Source: a virus (lineage: Duplodnaviria; Caudoviricetes). Taken from it: DNA of 64,000 bases. How positions within the stretch are numbered: position 1 is the first letter of the stretch; the number at the start of each line of letters is the position of its first letter. The position numbers and the translations under genes are program-made. Under the pieces are notes generated by a model. It made no database searches, was not told the DNA's origin, and saw only the letters and a list, made by a program, of their open reading frames with translations. Location: positions 24,657 through 88,656 of the IMG/VR virus record IMGVR_UViG_3300027007_000012. One strand, 5' to 3'. This document shows, one piece after another, positions 1-10,860 of the stretch.

Positions 1-1146
1 TTGAGCTTTGAAAAGTCGGAACCCACAGATGATGATGTTCTCTCAATCCGAGGACCATTCCCCAGTGCTGAGGCTTTTGAAGAAGGACATCAAGGCCCCC
101 CTCACACCTTCTCAATTGATAGAGCGAAGAATTGGACCGGAACAGCCGCTTTCCCGTTGCTACCGCCAACTCCTGAGGCTGGGGAAGTTTTCGAGACATT
201 GGCCGAAGCTCCGCCTCTCGACAGAGATGAGCCCGGCGAATGGCGTGCAAGACCTAATACGGAGTTGCATGCCACTAATGATAAAAAGAAAGATGATGGC
301 ACCGAGCTGATGAAGTTCTTTGATGAGGGTGAGACACCGCCTGATGATTACTGGCCAATTTTCAAAGGGGGGTCTTTTGACACTTGGAATCCTGATACTG
401 GCGAAAGATATGCTTGGGCCGACCCAGAGATAATGCTCGACCATCTTCAAGAAAGCCGGGAAAGCTCTTACCAATACGCTGGAAAACGGTCCGCGTTCTA
501 TGAGATGCCCGAGGAGTGGGTGTATGACAAGAGCACGCTATCATGCTTTTCTCCACGGGTTGTATTTCGAGATGTAACAAGGGCAACGGACACGCGGACC
601 GTTCGCTCAGCTCTCATCCCACCAGAGACCTTCTTAACAAACAAAGCGCCCTATTTCCTATGGCCACAGGGTGATGAGCGTGATGAAGCATATCTTCTTG
701 GCGTCCTATGTTCGATTCCTCTCGACTGGTATGCCAGACGGTTCGTGGAAACTACACTCAACTACCACATCCTAAATGGCTTCCCAATCCCACGACAAGG
801 GCAAGATAGTGCCCTTCGTCAACGTGTAGTCGAACTCTCTGGCCGACTCGCCGCTGTAGATGAACGATATGCTGAGTGGGCGGATTCGGTCGGAGTAGAA
901 TATGGATCACTCGATGAGGATACGAAACAGGAGAAAATCTACGAACTGGATGCGGTCGTCGCTCATCTCTATGGGCTGACCCGAGACCATGTCGAGGTGA
1001 TCTTCGAGACCTTCCATGATGGATGGGATCACGAGGAACGATTAGAGCGCGTTCTCGACTACTACGCGAGTTGGGCGGATCGACTGGACCTCGACCACAC
1101 CGACCGCGAGACGGAACAAGCGGCTGGAACCAGAAACGATGACTGA
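1..1146 (+). CDS. C-terminal part (target-recognition region) of an Eco57I/type IIG-like restriction-modification methyltransferase; 5' end lies outside the window
   Basis: RVVFRDVTRATDTRTVRSALIP, YLLGVLCSIPLDWYARR, NYHILNGFPIP and ELDAVVAHLYGL resemble the C-terminal TRD of type IIG enzymes; its stop overlaps the next gene's start. Confidence 0.75.
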   Translation: MSFEKSEPTDDDVLSIRGPFPSAEAFEEGHQGPPHTFSIDRAKNWTGTAAFPLLPPTPEAGEVFETLAEAPPLDRDEPGEWRARPNTELHATNDKKKDDGTELMKFFDEGETPPDDYWPIFKGGSFDTWNPDTGERYAWADPEIMLDHLQESRESSYQYAGKRSAFYEMPEEWVYDKSTLSCFSPRVVFRDVTRATDTRTVRSALIPPETFLTNKAPYFLWPQGDERDEAYLLGVLCSIPLDWYARRFVETTLNYHILNGFPIPRQGQDSALRQRVVELSGRLAAVDERYAEWADSVGVEYGSLDEDTKQEKIYELDAVVAHLYGLTRDHVEVIFETFHDGWDHEERLERVLDYYASWADRLDLDHTDRETEQAAGTRNDD

Positions 1147-4100
1147 ACAGCCACAAGTCGTCGACAACCGGGACGGCAATACCCTTGCCGCCGCTATCAA
1201 CGCCTACCTCGGGGACTTGGACGAACGGCTGGCCGATGACCCGGACCTCGACATCGCCACTGGCTACTTCAATCCGAGAGGATACTTTTCGGTCGCTGAG
1301 GGACTGGAACATGTTGATCAGGTCAGGCTTCTTATTGGTGCCCAGCCCGATCAGGAGGGCAAGGAACGCTGGCGACACCCAGAGGAACCACAAGGGGAGG
1401 CATACGAACGCAAGCGCATCGAGGAGGCCCTTCAGACACTGGATTTCAATCTCAAGCGCGACAGAGACTTGCTGGGCTTCTCGCGTAACGTCGATCAGGG
1501 CCTTCAGGAACTTGTCGACTTCCTCCGAAGTGACCGCGTCGAAGTTCGCCGCCACGAAGACAGCTTTGTCCACGGGAAGGCGTACCTGTTCTCGGACAGC
1601 CAGGGCGTGCTCGCGGGTTCCTCGAACTTCACCGGGGCGGGCCTAAACTCGAACTTGGAGCTGAATCTCGGAGCATACGATCCCCACGTAACCGGGGAAG
1701 TCAACAACTGGTTCGAAGATCTCTGGGAAGCCAGCGACCCATTCGATCTCGCCAGCCTCTACGAAGAACGATTCGAACCTTATGACCCCCATCTCATCTA
1801 CCTCCGGGTGCTCTACGAGCGGTACGGTGACGAACTGGAGGAAGAACGAGAGGACGACGGGGGTGCCATCAACCTCACCAATTTCCAACAGGACAGCGTT
1901 AGGAGAGCGAATCGATTCCTCGACAAACACAACGGTGTCATCATCGCCGATGAGGTTGGTCTTGGGAAGACGTATATCGGAGGGAAGCTCCTTGAACAGT
2001 ACGTTCAGGAGAACCGACAGCGTGCACTTGTCGTCGCACCAGCGTACCTCCGAGACGGAATGTGGGAACAAAAGCCGGCCGAGTGGGGCGTACAATTCGA
2101 GACGGTCTCCTACGCTCAACTCCGAAACGACAGCCAACTCGGCGGGGACGCCAACAATCTCAGTCTCCCCGTCGACGAGTATCAGTTGGTCGTTATCGAC
2201 GAGGCTCACGCGTTCCGCAATCCTGGAACCCAGCAATCCCACGCTCTCCGGACACTCCTCCGGGGTGATCCACCGAAGGACGTGGTCATGCTCACAGCCA
2301 CACCGGTCAACAACTCGCTCTGGGACCTGTACTACCTCCTGAATTACTTCGTCCGGAACGACGCGGCCTTCGCCAACGAAGGTATCCGGTCACTCCGGGA
2401 CCAGTTCAAGGAAGCCCAGGCGGAGGATCCGTCGGACCTCAGTCCCGACATGCTGTTCGATGTCCTCGACCAGACGACCGTACGTCGAACACGCCGGTTC
2501 ATCAAGAACCATTATGAGAACGCCACGATGCCCGACGGCGACGACGGAGAGGTTCGAATTAATTTCCCTGATCCGAAGCCCCAACGCGTCGACTACACCT
2601 TTACGGACACATTTGGTGACGACTATTTCCTCGATGTCGCGGAGGGGCTGGCGGCCGGTGATCGGGACGAAGCCGAGCTCACGCTGGCTCGCTATCGTCC
2701 ATCCTACTATCTGGAGGGCGAGGAGGATGCCTCCGAACTCTCACTGGTCGGCCTGTTGCGGACGGGCCTCCTCAAGCGGTTCGAGTCGTCGAGCTACGCT
2801 TTCAAGAACACCCTCGACGGGATGATTTCGCAAAACCGTGTCGCGCTCCAACTTATCGAGGAAGGATATTTCCCGGAGACGAACGCGATTGAGGAGTGGG
2901 TTGAGACGGATAGTGACGAAGGGATGGAAGAACTCCTCGATGAGGCGAGCGACGGAAATATTTCGCTGGCGGCGGCCGATGCCGATCCCGCCGAGCTTCG
3001 GGCGGACTTGGAGTACGACATAGAGATACTGGAACGGTGGCGCGACGGAGCCCAGGACGTCAGTCGAGACGATGACGAGAAGCTCCATGCGCTCCGTGAT
3101 ACGCTTGAGGATATCGTTGAGACGGCGAGAGAGGACGCTGAGGCCCGACAAATTTCGGACGAGGAGATCGAGGCGGCCTTCCGTCAGAACCGGAAGGTGC
3201 TGTTGTTCTCCTATTACGAGGACACCGTCGATTGGATTTACGAATACCTGGAGTCCGTCGTCTCCGAGGACGAAGACTTGTCGTGTTACGAGGGCCGTAT
3301 TGCCGCTGTGTCCGGCGACGGCTCAAAGTACGGCGTCACACGAGAGGAAGCCGTCCACGGGTTTGCACCAAACTCAGGTGACGCCCCGCCGGATGCCACG
3401 GACGAGTTTGACATTCTAATCACGACGGATGTCCTGGGTCAGGGTGTCAACCTCCAAGAAGCACGTAACGTCATTAACTACGACCTCCCCTGGAATCCGA
3501 TGCGCGTTGTCCAGCGGAACGGTCGTATCGACCGCGTCAATTCCCCGCATTCCGAAATTTATCCGTTCTCGTTCTTCCCTGAGGATCGACTGGACGATCT
3601 TCTTGAACTCGAACACCGAGTTCGGGAGAAGCTCACCCAAGCGGCACGTTCTATCGGTGTGAGTGGCGGTGTGATACCCGATATGGAGACCCTCAATCAG
3701 AACTTCGCTGAGAAGGTCGAAGAAATCGACTCGATCCAACAAGAGGAATCTGACTTCTATGAACAAGGTGGGGCTGAAGCGGCGGCCTATTCCGGCGAGG
3801 AGTACCGCCAGGAACTCCGCGAGGGACTTGAAGACCGCGAGGATCAGATCACATCGCTTCCGTGGGCCGCTGGGTCGGGGTTCCGTGGCGACGATCCGGG
3901 CTACTTCTTTTGTGCGCGAGTGGGCGACGAGGTGTTCATGCGGTTTGTTCCTCACGAGATGGAAGGGGATGACGAACTGGTTCAGGATACGCTCACCTGT
4001 CTGAAGCGTATCGAATGTTCTCGTGACACTGAACGGGCCCTCCCCGATGGAATGCGAGACCAAATCTATGGTGCATGGGAGACGGCACAGGAAGACATCT

Positions 4101-4507
4101 ATAGTCAATGGCAAGAACAGACTGATCCGCTGAATGTCCAGCCTGACATCCGGCGGTTGTTCCGTGAAGTCGGCCAACACCTCCGTGACCACTGGCCCGA
4201 CGACAAGACCCAGGAGGAGCTCCAGGAGACGGTCGAAGCAGTTGAGGCTCCCTGGGGTCGCCGCTACGAACGTGAACTCCGGGAGATCTACGAAGACGAG
4301 TCGCTGGGCCCGATCGAGAAGTCCCGCGAGCTCGTCGAGAAAGTCGATGATCTGGGCCTCCAACCGTTCGAGGCACCCGACCCGCTTCCACCGATCGAGG
4401 AGGACGAAGTGAAGTTGGTCTGCTGGATGATCGTCGCTCCTGGCGAAGGCGCGAGTGAGCGTAATGATCGCCCGGGACTGATGTCCCAAGTGACGTTCGA
4501 TACGTAA
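1139..4507 (+). CDS. PLD-domain / SNF2-family helicase, 1122 aa, RM-associated
   Basis: PLD-like HGKAYLF...GSSNFT; Walker A ADEVGLGKT; DEAH box; LTATP; C-terminal QGVNLQ, DLPWNP and QRNGRIDR helicase motifs. Confidence 0.9.
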   Translation: MTEQPQVVDNRDGNTLAAAINAYLGDLDERLADDPDLDIATGYFNPRGYFSVAEGLEHVDQVRLLIGAQPDQEGKERWRHPEEPQGEAYERKRIEEALQTLDFNLKRDRDLLGFSRNVDQGLQELVDFLRSDRVEVRRHEDSFVHGKAYLFSDSQGVLAGSSNFTGAGLNSNLELNLGAYDPHVTGEVNNWFEDLWEASDPFDLASLYEERFEPYDPHLIYLRVLYERYGDELEEEREDDGGAINLTNFQQDSVRRANRFLDKHNGVIIADEVGLGKTYIGGKLLEQYVQENRQRALVVAPAYLRDGMWEQKPAEWGVQFETVSYAQLRNDSQLGGDANNLSLPVDEYQLVVIDEAHAFRNPGTQQSHALRTLLRGDPPKDVVMLTATPVNNSLWDLYYLLNYFVRNDAAFANEGIRSLRDQFKEAQAEDPSDLSPDMLFDVLDQTTVRRTRRFIKNHYENATMPDGDDGEVRINFPDPKPQRVDYTFTDTFGDDYFLDVAEGLAAGDRDEAELTLARYRPSYYLEGEEDASELSLVGLLRTGLLKRFESSSYAFKNTLDGMISQNRVALQLIEEGYFPETNAIEEWVETDSDEGMEELLDEASDGNISLAAADADPAELRADLEYDIEILERWRDGAQDVSRDDDEKLHALRDTLEDIVETAREDAEARQISDEEIEAAFRQNRKVLLFSYYEDTVDWIYEYLESVVSEDEDLSCYEGRIAAVSGDGSKYGVTREEAVHGFAPNSGDAPPDATDEFDILITTDVLGQGVNLQEARNVINYDLPWNPMRVVQRNGRIDRVNSPHSEIYPFSFFPEDRLDDLLELEHRVREKLTQAARSIGVSGGVIPDMETLNQNFAEKVEEIDSIQQEESDFYEQGGAEAAAYSGEEYRQELREGLEDREDQITSLPWAAGSGFRGDDPGYFFCARVGDEVFMRFVPHEMEGDDELVQDTLTCLKRIECSRDTERALPDGMRDQIYGAWETAQEDIYSQWQEQTDPLNVQPDIRRLFREVGQHLRDHWPDDKTQEELQETVEAVEAPWGRRYERELREIYEDESLGPIEKSRELVEKVDDLGLQPFEAPDPLPPIEEDEVKLVCWMIVAPGEGASERNDRPGLMSQVTFDT

Positions 4508-4550
4508 CACCTTCAATTAGCGAGTACAGTTGTTTTAGACGAGCGTCATA

Positions 4551-5516
4551 ATGGTTGATGATACATCCCGGAATACCGCCGATTTGCCGTATGAATCTGG
4601 TGATCTCGTTCATATTCGGCGGTCAGCCCCACAAGAGGTTCCAGAGTTATATCACCACAAACACGCCTGTGAGGTGGTCTCTACCTACAAAGACTACTCA
4701 AGATCTGGTGACGAAAGTTCCGATGATGAACCCCTCAACAAGTATACCTACAGACTCAGCCCGGTCACGAAAGATACCACGCTCTCCACTCTATATTACC
4801 ACTCCCACCTTGTTCCCTCCCCACGAGGGTACAAGCATATCGACGCACTCCTTGGTGAGCACTCCGCCGATGACCCACCCGAGTGGGAACGTGATCTCGG
4901 CAAATTGATGCGCGAGGATTTAGAGACGATAAACACCTGTCTCTCTGTTGTCAACGATACGGACCCCACGAAAGACTGGATGCGCGAAATTCGAAAAGGA
5001 AACCTCGACCGCACTAACTCTGTCTTCGCAGAAATGCTACTCCTCTACCACCTCCGTATAGAACTGGAACACAGTTCAGTCCAGATGAACGTTCGGTTCG
5101 ACGAGAATGGGAAGGATGTCGATTTCCGAGTCATAACGAACGACTGGGATGTGTGGATCGAGGTCTACAAACCGGATTATCTTAATCAAATTCCCGAGGG
5201 TGGTGGGTGGTTCTCGCCTGAAGCAACTGGAACGTCTACTGGAAACAAGGTCCGTGAAAAATTCGACGGTGACCGGGAACGGTTCCCTGACGATGCAGTT
5301 GTTGTCCTCGCTGTTTACCTCGTGGAAAATATAACTCAGGGATTCCAGTTGGAACGATGGTTTGATCAAGACTACTTTGATGTTGGCGATTATTGCGATG
5401 CCCTATTAACATTCACCCATCTGACATTCCCTACTGAATTTCAGCATCGTCCCATAACACCCGCAGGCGAGGACAGTATGGGTTTCTTTGATTCGGTATT
5501 CGGCAATGACTCATGA
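4551..5516 (+). CDS. Hypothetical protein, possible PD-(D/E)xK-fold nuclease
   Basis: 321-aa acidic ORF containing DVDFRV...WIEVYKP; family not certain. Confidence 0.45.
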   Translation: MVDDTSRNTADLPYESGDLVHIRRSAPQEVPELYHHKHACEVVSTYKDYSRSGDESSDDEPLNKYTYRLSPVTKDTTLSTLYYHSHLVPSPRGYKHIDALLGEHSADDPPEWERDLGKLMREDLETINTCLSVVNDTDPTKDWMREIRKGNLDRTNSVFAEMLLLYHLRIELEHSSVQMNVRFDENGKDVDFRVITNDWDVWIEVYKPDYLNQIPEGGGWFSPEATGTSTGNKVREKFDGDRERFPDDAVVVLAVYLVENITQGFQLERWFDQDYFDVGDYCDALLTFTHLTFPTEFQHRPITPAGEDSMGFFDSVFGNDS

Positions 5517-5676
5517 CCGACGTATTTCGAACACCCAACAAAACCTTTGTGGACTATCTATGACAGGCTCTGTTCGCGGAGGACAAGAGTAAGTTACGCT
5601 GACGGACTCGATGTCACCAGAAACGTTGTACGTACACACTTTCGACGTTTAAGTGGGTAGCGGCCCATATAGGACT

Positions 5677-5970
5677 ATGATTCGCATCGAGTACGATGAG
5701 GCGTACCCATTCCTGATGGGGTATCTCACACGTAGTTTCGAGAAAGAGATCGACGGACAGCGATGTGGCCCCGAGACGATCATGTCTGCGATGAACGCCG
5801 AGGGTCGCGAACTCATAATGACCGACCATCAGGCGAAGTGTGTGATAGCGTTGCTTGAAGACGGGTACGACGTCGAGGAGTTGGACAACACGAAGGAGGC
5901 GGTCGAGAAGTTAGAACAGTTGAAAGATGATCTGAACACCGCACTGGATGCCACCAGCAGCGGAGAGTAG
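5677..5970 (+). CDS. Hypothetical protein
   Basis: Acidic 97-aa ORF from ATG 5677; ends with a copy of the dispersed motif. Confidence 0.6.
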   Translation: MIRIEYDEAYPFLMGYLTRSFEKEIDGQRCGPETIMSAMNAEGRELIMTDHQAKCVIALLEDGYDVEELDNTKEAVEKLEQLKDDLNTALDATSSGE

Positions 5971-5986
5971 AACATGTCAGGATGGG

Positions 5987-6024
5987 CTGCACGTACATAC
6001 GTGCACGCACATATGTACGTACAG
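5987..6024. repeat. Purine/pyrimidine-alternating imperfect palindrome (15-8-15), inverted relative to the copies at 40525 and 63003
   Basis: ctgcacgtacatacg-tgcacgca-catatgtacgtacag; its reverse complement matches 63003-63040 at 34/38 positions. Confidence 0.9.
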
Positions 6025-6505
6025 GGATCTGTGACATGTTTGGGGTAGAATCGGCATAACCCAAAGATACCCTTAGAACAAAATGGAATCGGGTGACCGC
6101 GGAGGGGTCGATTGAGACTAAGATACCCTAAAGAGCCAAAGAGTTAAATACTAAAACAGGATTTTAGAATATTCACAGACCTTACATTCTCTGTGTGGTG
6201 CGAAATGGTTATATAGTACGAGAGGTTACTTTTAGGTACATCGAGCTCGGGTTCCTTCGCCCGCTTGATGCATCCCAACGTAAGTTGGACCGACACTCCG
6301 TTCCACGCCAAACCGGGCCCCCCGGTTTCCGCCCTTCCTCAAGGGCTTTTCAGACATGCCGATCATCCCCGAACACTGTCCACGCTGTGACGAATCCATC
6401 AACGTTCAGGTATTACCAGCAGAGTGTGTACACTGCGGGTTCTTGCTCCATCGGATGAAGTGGAGCGAAAACCTGTATGAGTGAGTGATGGCGTAGCGAT
6501 ATGTA

Positions 6506-6784
6506 ATGCCAGTCTGTGAGCTGTGCGGGAGAATACGGGCGTCCTGTGTGCTCGGGGTGACCGATGACTTGCAGGACGACGACTGGCTCCGCCTGGACGT
6601 GAGACAGGTGAAGCTATCGTGCAACCAGTGTGCGGATACGCTGGTGAGTAAAGGGAGAGCGAGAGAGATGCCGTTAGAGGGTGGAGATGCGCACGATATC
6701 TGGTACAAGAACTGTCTCGAGATCACCGATGGGAAGCAGTCGATCTACGCCGGATGGGTGCCTGACATGCGGAAGATGGCGTAA
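6506..6784 (+). CDS. Small zinc-finger protein
   Basis: CELC...CNQC pairs, 92 aa. Confidence 0.6.
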   Translation: MPVCELCGRIRASCVLGVTDDLQDDDWLRLDVRQVKLSCNQCADTLVSKGRAREMPLEGGDAHDIWYKNCLEITDGKQSIYAGWVPDMRKMA

Positions 6785-7170
6785 GCGTTTTTGAAACTTT
6801 TCTTGGGTTGAGTGGAAGAAATGTTGTGAAAGTTGAGTGAAAGCTGGGTTGCGTATATGTATGGAAGCTGTCTCGTTTTTCTGTACCTGTTCAGAAGGGG
6901 GTGAAATCGATAGACGGCGATGGGATTGGGATAGGATTGTTTTCGGGAAAAATCGAGAGATCCTCGTTTAGGGACAATGCTATTCGGGCAATACAGACCC
7001 CCTACCCCCCAAATTCGGGCACTTGGAAACCCCAAATATGGGCACTCTCAGGGCCTGTGAGGCCCGTCTACGGACTATCGAAGCTCCCTGAGTTGATTCT
7101 GTGGACTCATTTTTGGACGTTCGTCTATATATGTGGACACACGCTGGTGGTGGCATCGAGAGCTGCGAGG

Positions 7171-7373
7171 GCTATCTTTTTCGTGCTATCCCAGTCCGAC
7201 CGCGTGGGTTACCAAAAAACTGCTATCCCAGCCGCTTTCGCGCGCGGCCCGCCGGCTCACGGACTCACTCGCCGCTCGCTATCAAATCTGTGCTATCCTG
7301 CGCCGGGACCGTCGTGCGCTATCAAAAAATCGCTATCCCAGAGCTGCGTGGGTTATCTTTTTCGCGCTATCCT
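7171..7373. repeat. Iteron-like array of five bipartite GYTAYC-N8-GCTATCC units
   Basis: Units start at 7171, 7208, 7278, 7318 and 7352; N8 spacers are A- or T-rich; region lacks a credible ORF. Confidence 0.8.
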
Positions 7374-7536
7374 ATGCCTGGTTCGATCTCCAGTCGAAAC
7401 CGGGGGCCTCGTCGCTGCAACCCGGTGTGAAACCTGTCGTGAACTCGTGAAGCGATAACCATGCTACGGGAACGGTTTTACCAGCAGTTTTATCAGTATA
7501 ACATATATTTATTATCTTACGTGTCCTACATAGATT

Positions 7537-7908
7537 ATGGCACAAAAAGGCCACCCGACGGGACGCAGCTGGGACGAGCGGGTCCAGGAGCGACTGGAGA
7601 ACCTCGAGTACGTCGAGCACGTGCACCTGGATTCGGGCGAGCGCGACTACCTGGCGGGCCAGAGAGATGTCGACCGAGTGACGTGGCTGGTCAGGCTGGA
7701 TGAGGCGACGATTCAGCAGATCGAGTTCGTCGAGGCGGGAGACATCGATGGGAGCGAGACGTTGCGCGGGATTCGCAACGAGTTCGAGCTCGAGATGGGC
7801 CTCGCCCCCGGCGACTCGTGGATGGAGTGGGAGGAGATGCAGCGGGGGACGATCTACGTGACCGGCACGCACGACAACCGTCCGGGAGGGAGCGACGTCT
7901 TCCGCTGA
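7537..7908 (+). CDS. Hypothetical protein, first gene of cassette 1
   Basis: Leaderless start MAQKGHP directly after the conserved promoter; acidic 123 aa. Confidence 0.75.
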   Translation: MAQKGHPTGRSWDERVQERLENLEYVEHVHLDSGERDYLAGQRDVDRVTWLVRLDEATIQQIEFVEAGDIDGSETLRGIRNEFELEMGLAPGDSWMEWEEMQRGTIYVTGTHDNRPGGSDVFR

Positions 7909-7925
7909 GCGGCCGGTCGCGGCAA

Positions 7926-7968
7926 CCCGGCATGGTGCGTCGTGGGGGTTCGAGTCCCCCACCGGGCA
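7926..7968 (+). ncRNA. Mini-tRNA-like element 1 (acceptor-like stem plus T-arm)
   Basis: GTGGGGG-TTCGAGT-CCCCCAC (7942-7962) enclosed by CCCG/CGGG; no D or anticodon arm. Confidence 0.65.
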
Positions 7969-8013
7969 TGGGCCGAGAAAAGTCGGGACTGGCCCACCCG
8001 AACGGAGCAACCG

Positions 8014-9999
8014 ATGAGTGTAGACGACGCGCCCGCTGAGGAGCGGGCACTGATAGAGGAGCACCGCAACGAGATCGCCCGAACCGCCGTCGACGACGCG
8101 GTCGAACTGTACGACCTGGTCTCGCGTGTCGGGTTCATCGCCGAGGACGCCGCCGCCGAGCTCGAGTTCGTCGACGAGGACGAGGGGTCGCTGGCGGATG
8201 TCCGTCTGGCCCTGGACATGCTGGACGAGATGGACAACGCACTCGTGTACATGAACCGACAGAAGCGCCGCGTCGAGGGCCTGTTGGAGGAGCTGGCGCA
8301 CATCGAGGAGGACCTGTAGATGCCGTCGACATCGATCGAGGTGGCGGGTGACGTCGTCAAGGCCCGGTACTTCGGCGAGGCGGAGGGTGACTACGCGAAG
8401 CTGGTCGTCCACCGCGACCTGTTGGCGAACGAGGATGAGGCAACGCGCGTCCTCGACGAGATGCGCGACACGATCGCCCGGGAGGGCCGCTGATGCACGA
8501 CACGTGCCAGTGCGAGGAGTGCAAGCTGGAGCGCCAGCGCGAGTACGAGGCGTCGTACCCCGAGCAGGCGCGCCGGGACAAGCTGGAGTTGGGTGCCGAG
8601 GCGACGACCGAGTTCGCCCGAGAGGAGGCACTGCTGCTGAAGACTGGGATGACCGAGCGCGATGCGCGGGCCCGGGGGCTGATCGACTGATGACCGCGAT
8701 GGATGACCTGCGCGTCGAGCGTCAGCACTCGCGCTACGCGATCGCGCTGGAGAACGTCGAGGCACTCGCGCACGACGGCCTCGAACAGACCAGCGCGAAG
8801 GAGAAAGACGAGATCCTGCGCGAGATCGAGGCGGTCGCGACGGGGGCGTTCGAATGAGCGAAGTGTCGAAGAAACGCGCAGCTGCGATGTTGGAGTTGCT
8901 CGATAAGGACGAGACGATGAGCGAGGGACACGACGACTCGACCGACCCGGAGTGTTGGCGGGAGTCGTTCCTGGAGAGCGCGTTCGAGGAGGCGGTGTCG
9001 ATGGTGACCCAGGCGTCGATGGCCTACGACGAGGAGCACGGAGAGATGAACGACCAGCCGCACCCGATGGACGTCATCCGTGGGGAGAGCCTGTTGCGCG
9101 TCTACGCGACGAGTCGACCGTGGGCGGTCCCGGTCGTGGTGGTCGAGGTCGCAGAGGCGCCGGCGTACTTCGAGAACGGCATGCTGACCGATGTGCGGGA
9201 AGTGTACGCCCGGCGGAAGCCGGGGCTGTCGGCCGACCCGACGCACGTGAAGATCCAGATTCGCCAGGGGCGGTCCCGATGAGCGGCGCGACGCGACAAC
9301 CCTGTGACGTCCGGGATTCGGTGGCCGAGATGTCGACGGAGTCGCTGCTGTTCCAGACGGCGATGACCGACGCCTACGGGGGTGAGGTTGCCGACCTGAT
9401 CGACTGGGAGCTGGACAGAGAGATGCGACACGAGCTCGCCTCACGCGGGGTCGAATGGTAGTGTACGCGATGGTGACCCTGATCGTCTGGTTGGGTGGCC
9501 TGCTCGCGTGCTGGATGGTGTACAGAGCGGCGGTTGGAACGATAGACCACAGACAGTCATGAACAGAGACATGGAGGACGACAAATGGTGAACTGGGGCG
9601 GGCGGTACCCGCCAGGAGCAGCGAACGACCCGGCGGCACCGTACAACGAGCCGGAGATGCCCGAGCCCGGGACCGTGATTACGCACGACGTCTCGGAGGC
9701 GTACTGCGCGGACTGTGACGAGACGGTCGGGCCAAACAGCCCGGACGTCGTCGCGGACATCCTGCTGGACGAGCACCACGGACACCAGGTGGAGGTCGAG
9801 TCGTGGACGGAGGAGGAAGTCTGGGGAGGCGACGATGCCCGGTAGTCACGAGCGCCACCTGGACGAGTTCGGTATCTGTCAGTGTGGCCCGTCGCGATCG
9901 GGGACGGAGCCGATGGCGCTGGAGTACCAGGATGACATGACCGGGCGGTGGGTGACCGAGCAGGTGCCGGCCTGCGCCGACTGCTTCGGGCTCTTGTAG
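8014..9999 (+). CDS. Cluster of about 9 short translationally coupled hypothetical ORFs (8014-8319, 8320-8493, 8493-8690, 8690-8857, 8854-9282, 9279-9461, 9585-9845, 9835-9999); several CxxC microproteins
   Basis: Acidic ORFs with ATGA/TGATG stop-start overlaps. Confidence 0.7.
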
Positions 10000-10019
10000 C
10001 CCGGACGCCCTTTCCGCTT

Positions 10020-10330
10020 CTGCGCGCCGCCCGCGACGACCCTGGTTTCCGGTCCAGGCCGAAATAGTAGAGATTCTGATTATATGCAGAACCCGAGAGA
10101 TGAATACAACTCGCCTCAGCGGCACACACGAGGGTCTCCCGGCGACCAGTTTTCTGGGGTCTCACCCCCCACCCTCTCCATGTCGCAAACGACCGTCCAC
10201 GGGCCGCGTTCGCGGCGTCTACGCACGATTTTCGAAGTTCTCATTTTATGCCTTTTGCTCATCGGCGAACCCTGGTTTCTGCTCCGCGAGCCCCGGCACC
10301 GCATCCCGGCGCATGTAAGATAATAGAAAC
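10020..10330. repeat. About 300-bp non-coding spacer with diverged copies at about 19015-19330 and 21540-21840
   Basis: Shared ordered blocks ccctgNtttccggtcca, ctcagc, cggcgac, cccc-rich tract, ttYYgctcc and cccggc. Confidence 0.75.
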
Positions 10331-10401
10331 ATTTAATATCGTACCAGACCAAGTATACATTGGACATCGAGAAACCGATGGCCAGCTGGAGTGTCAAAGA
10401 A

Positions 10402-10860
10402 ATGGCGAAAACGACCAACGCGGCCGGCGCACAGCAGACGAGCATCGCGAGCGACGCGGACCTCGTCGACCCCACGCAGCACGTGGTGGGGTTTAACGAC
10501 AAGACGATGAAGCGCGCGAAGTGGGAGGAGTACGACTTCGTGGTCACGGACACCGGGAACGTGCAGGTCCGGAACGCTTCGTATGGGGACGACGCAGACG
10601 CGCACACGTACCACGTGGTGACCGACGCGTCTGGCATCCCGAAGTGGTGCCTGCACGCACTCGAGGACGACCACGAGGACGACTGGGCGCCATGCCCGGC
10701 GATGGCCTACCACGCAGCGAGGAAGAACAAGGAGACGGGCCTCGACACCGAGGAGCTGATCGCCAACGGCGAGTACCGTGTCTGCAAGCACGCCCTCGCG
10801 TACGCCCGGAACGAAGCGATCGTCCAGGCCGTCCGCCGGGTCAAGGGAGGCGACAACTGA
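10402..10860 (+). CDS. SWIM-type zinc-finger protein
   Basis: KRAKWEEYDF...NASYG...CPAMAYH...CKHA, similar to haloarchaeal SWIM proteins; SD-like GGAGTG upstream. Confidence 0.6.
   Translation: MAKTTNAAGAQQTSIASDADLVDPTQHVVGFNDKTMKRAKWEEYDFVVTDTGNVQVRNASYGDDADAHTYHVVTDASGIPKWCLHALEDDHEDDWAPCPAMAYHAARKNKETGLDTEELIANGEYRVCKHALAYARNEAIVQAVRRVKGGDN

Noticed and set aside
1-4507. DISARM or BREX system call
   Set aside because: Only a methylase fragment and a PLD-SNF2 helicase are visible; drmA/drmB and brx/pgl genes are not in the window
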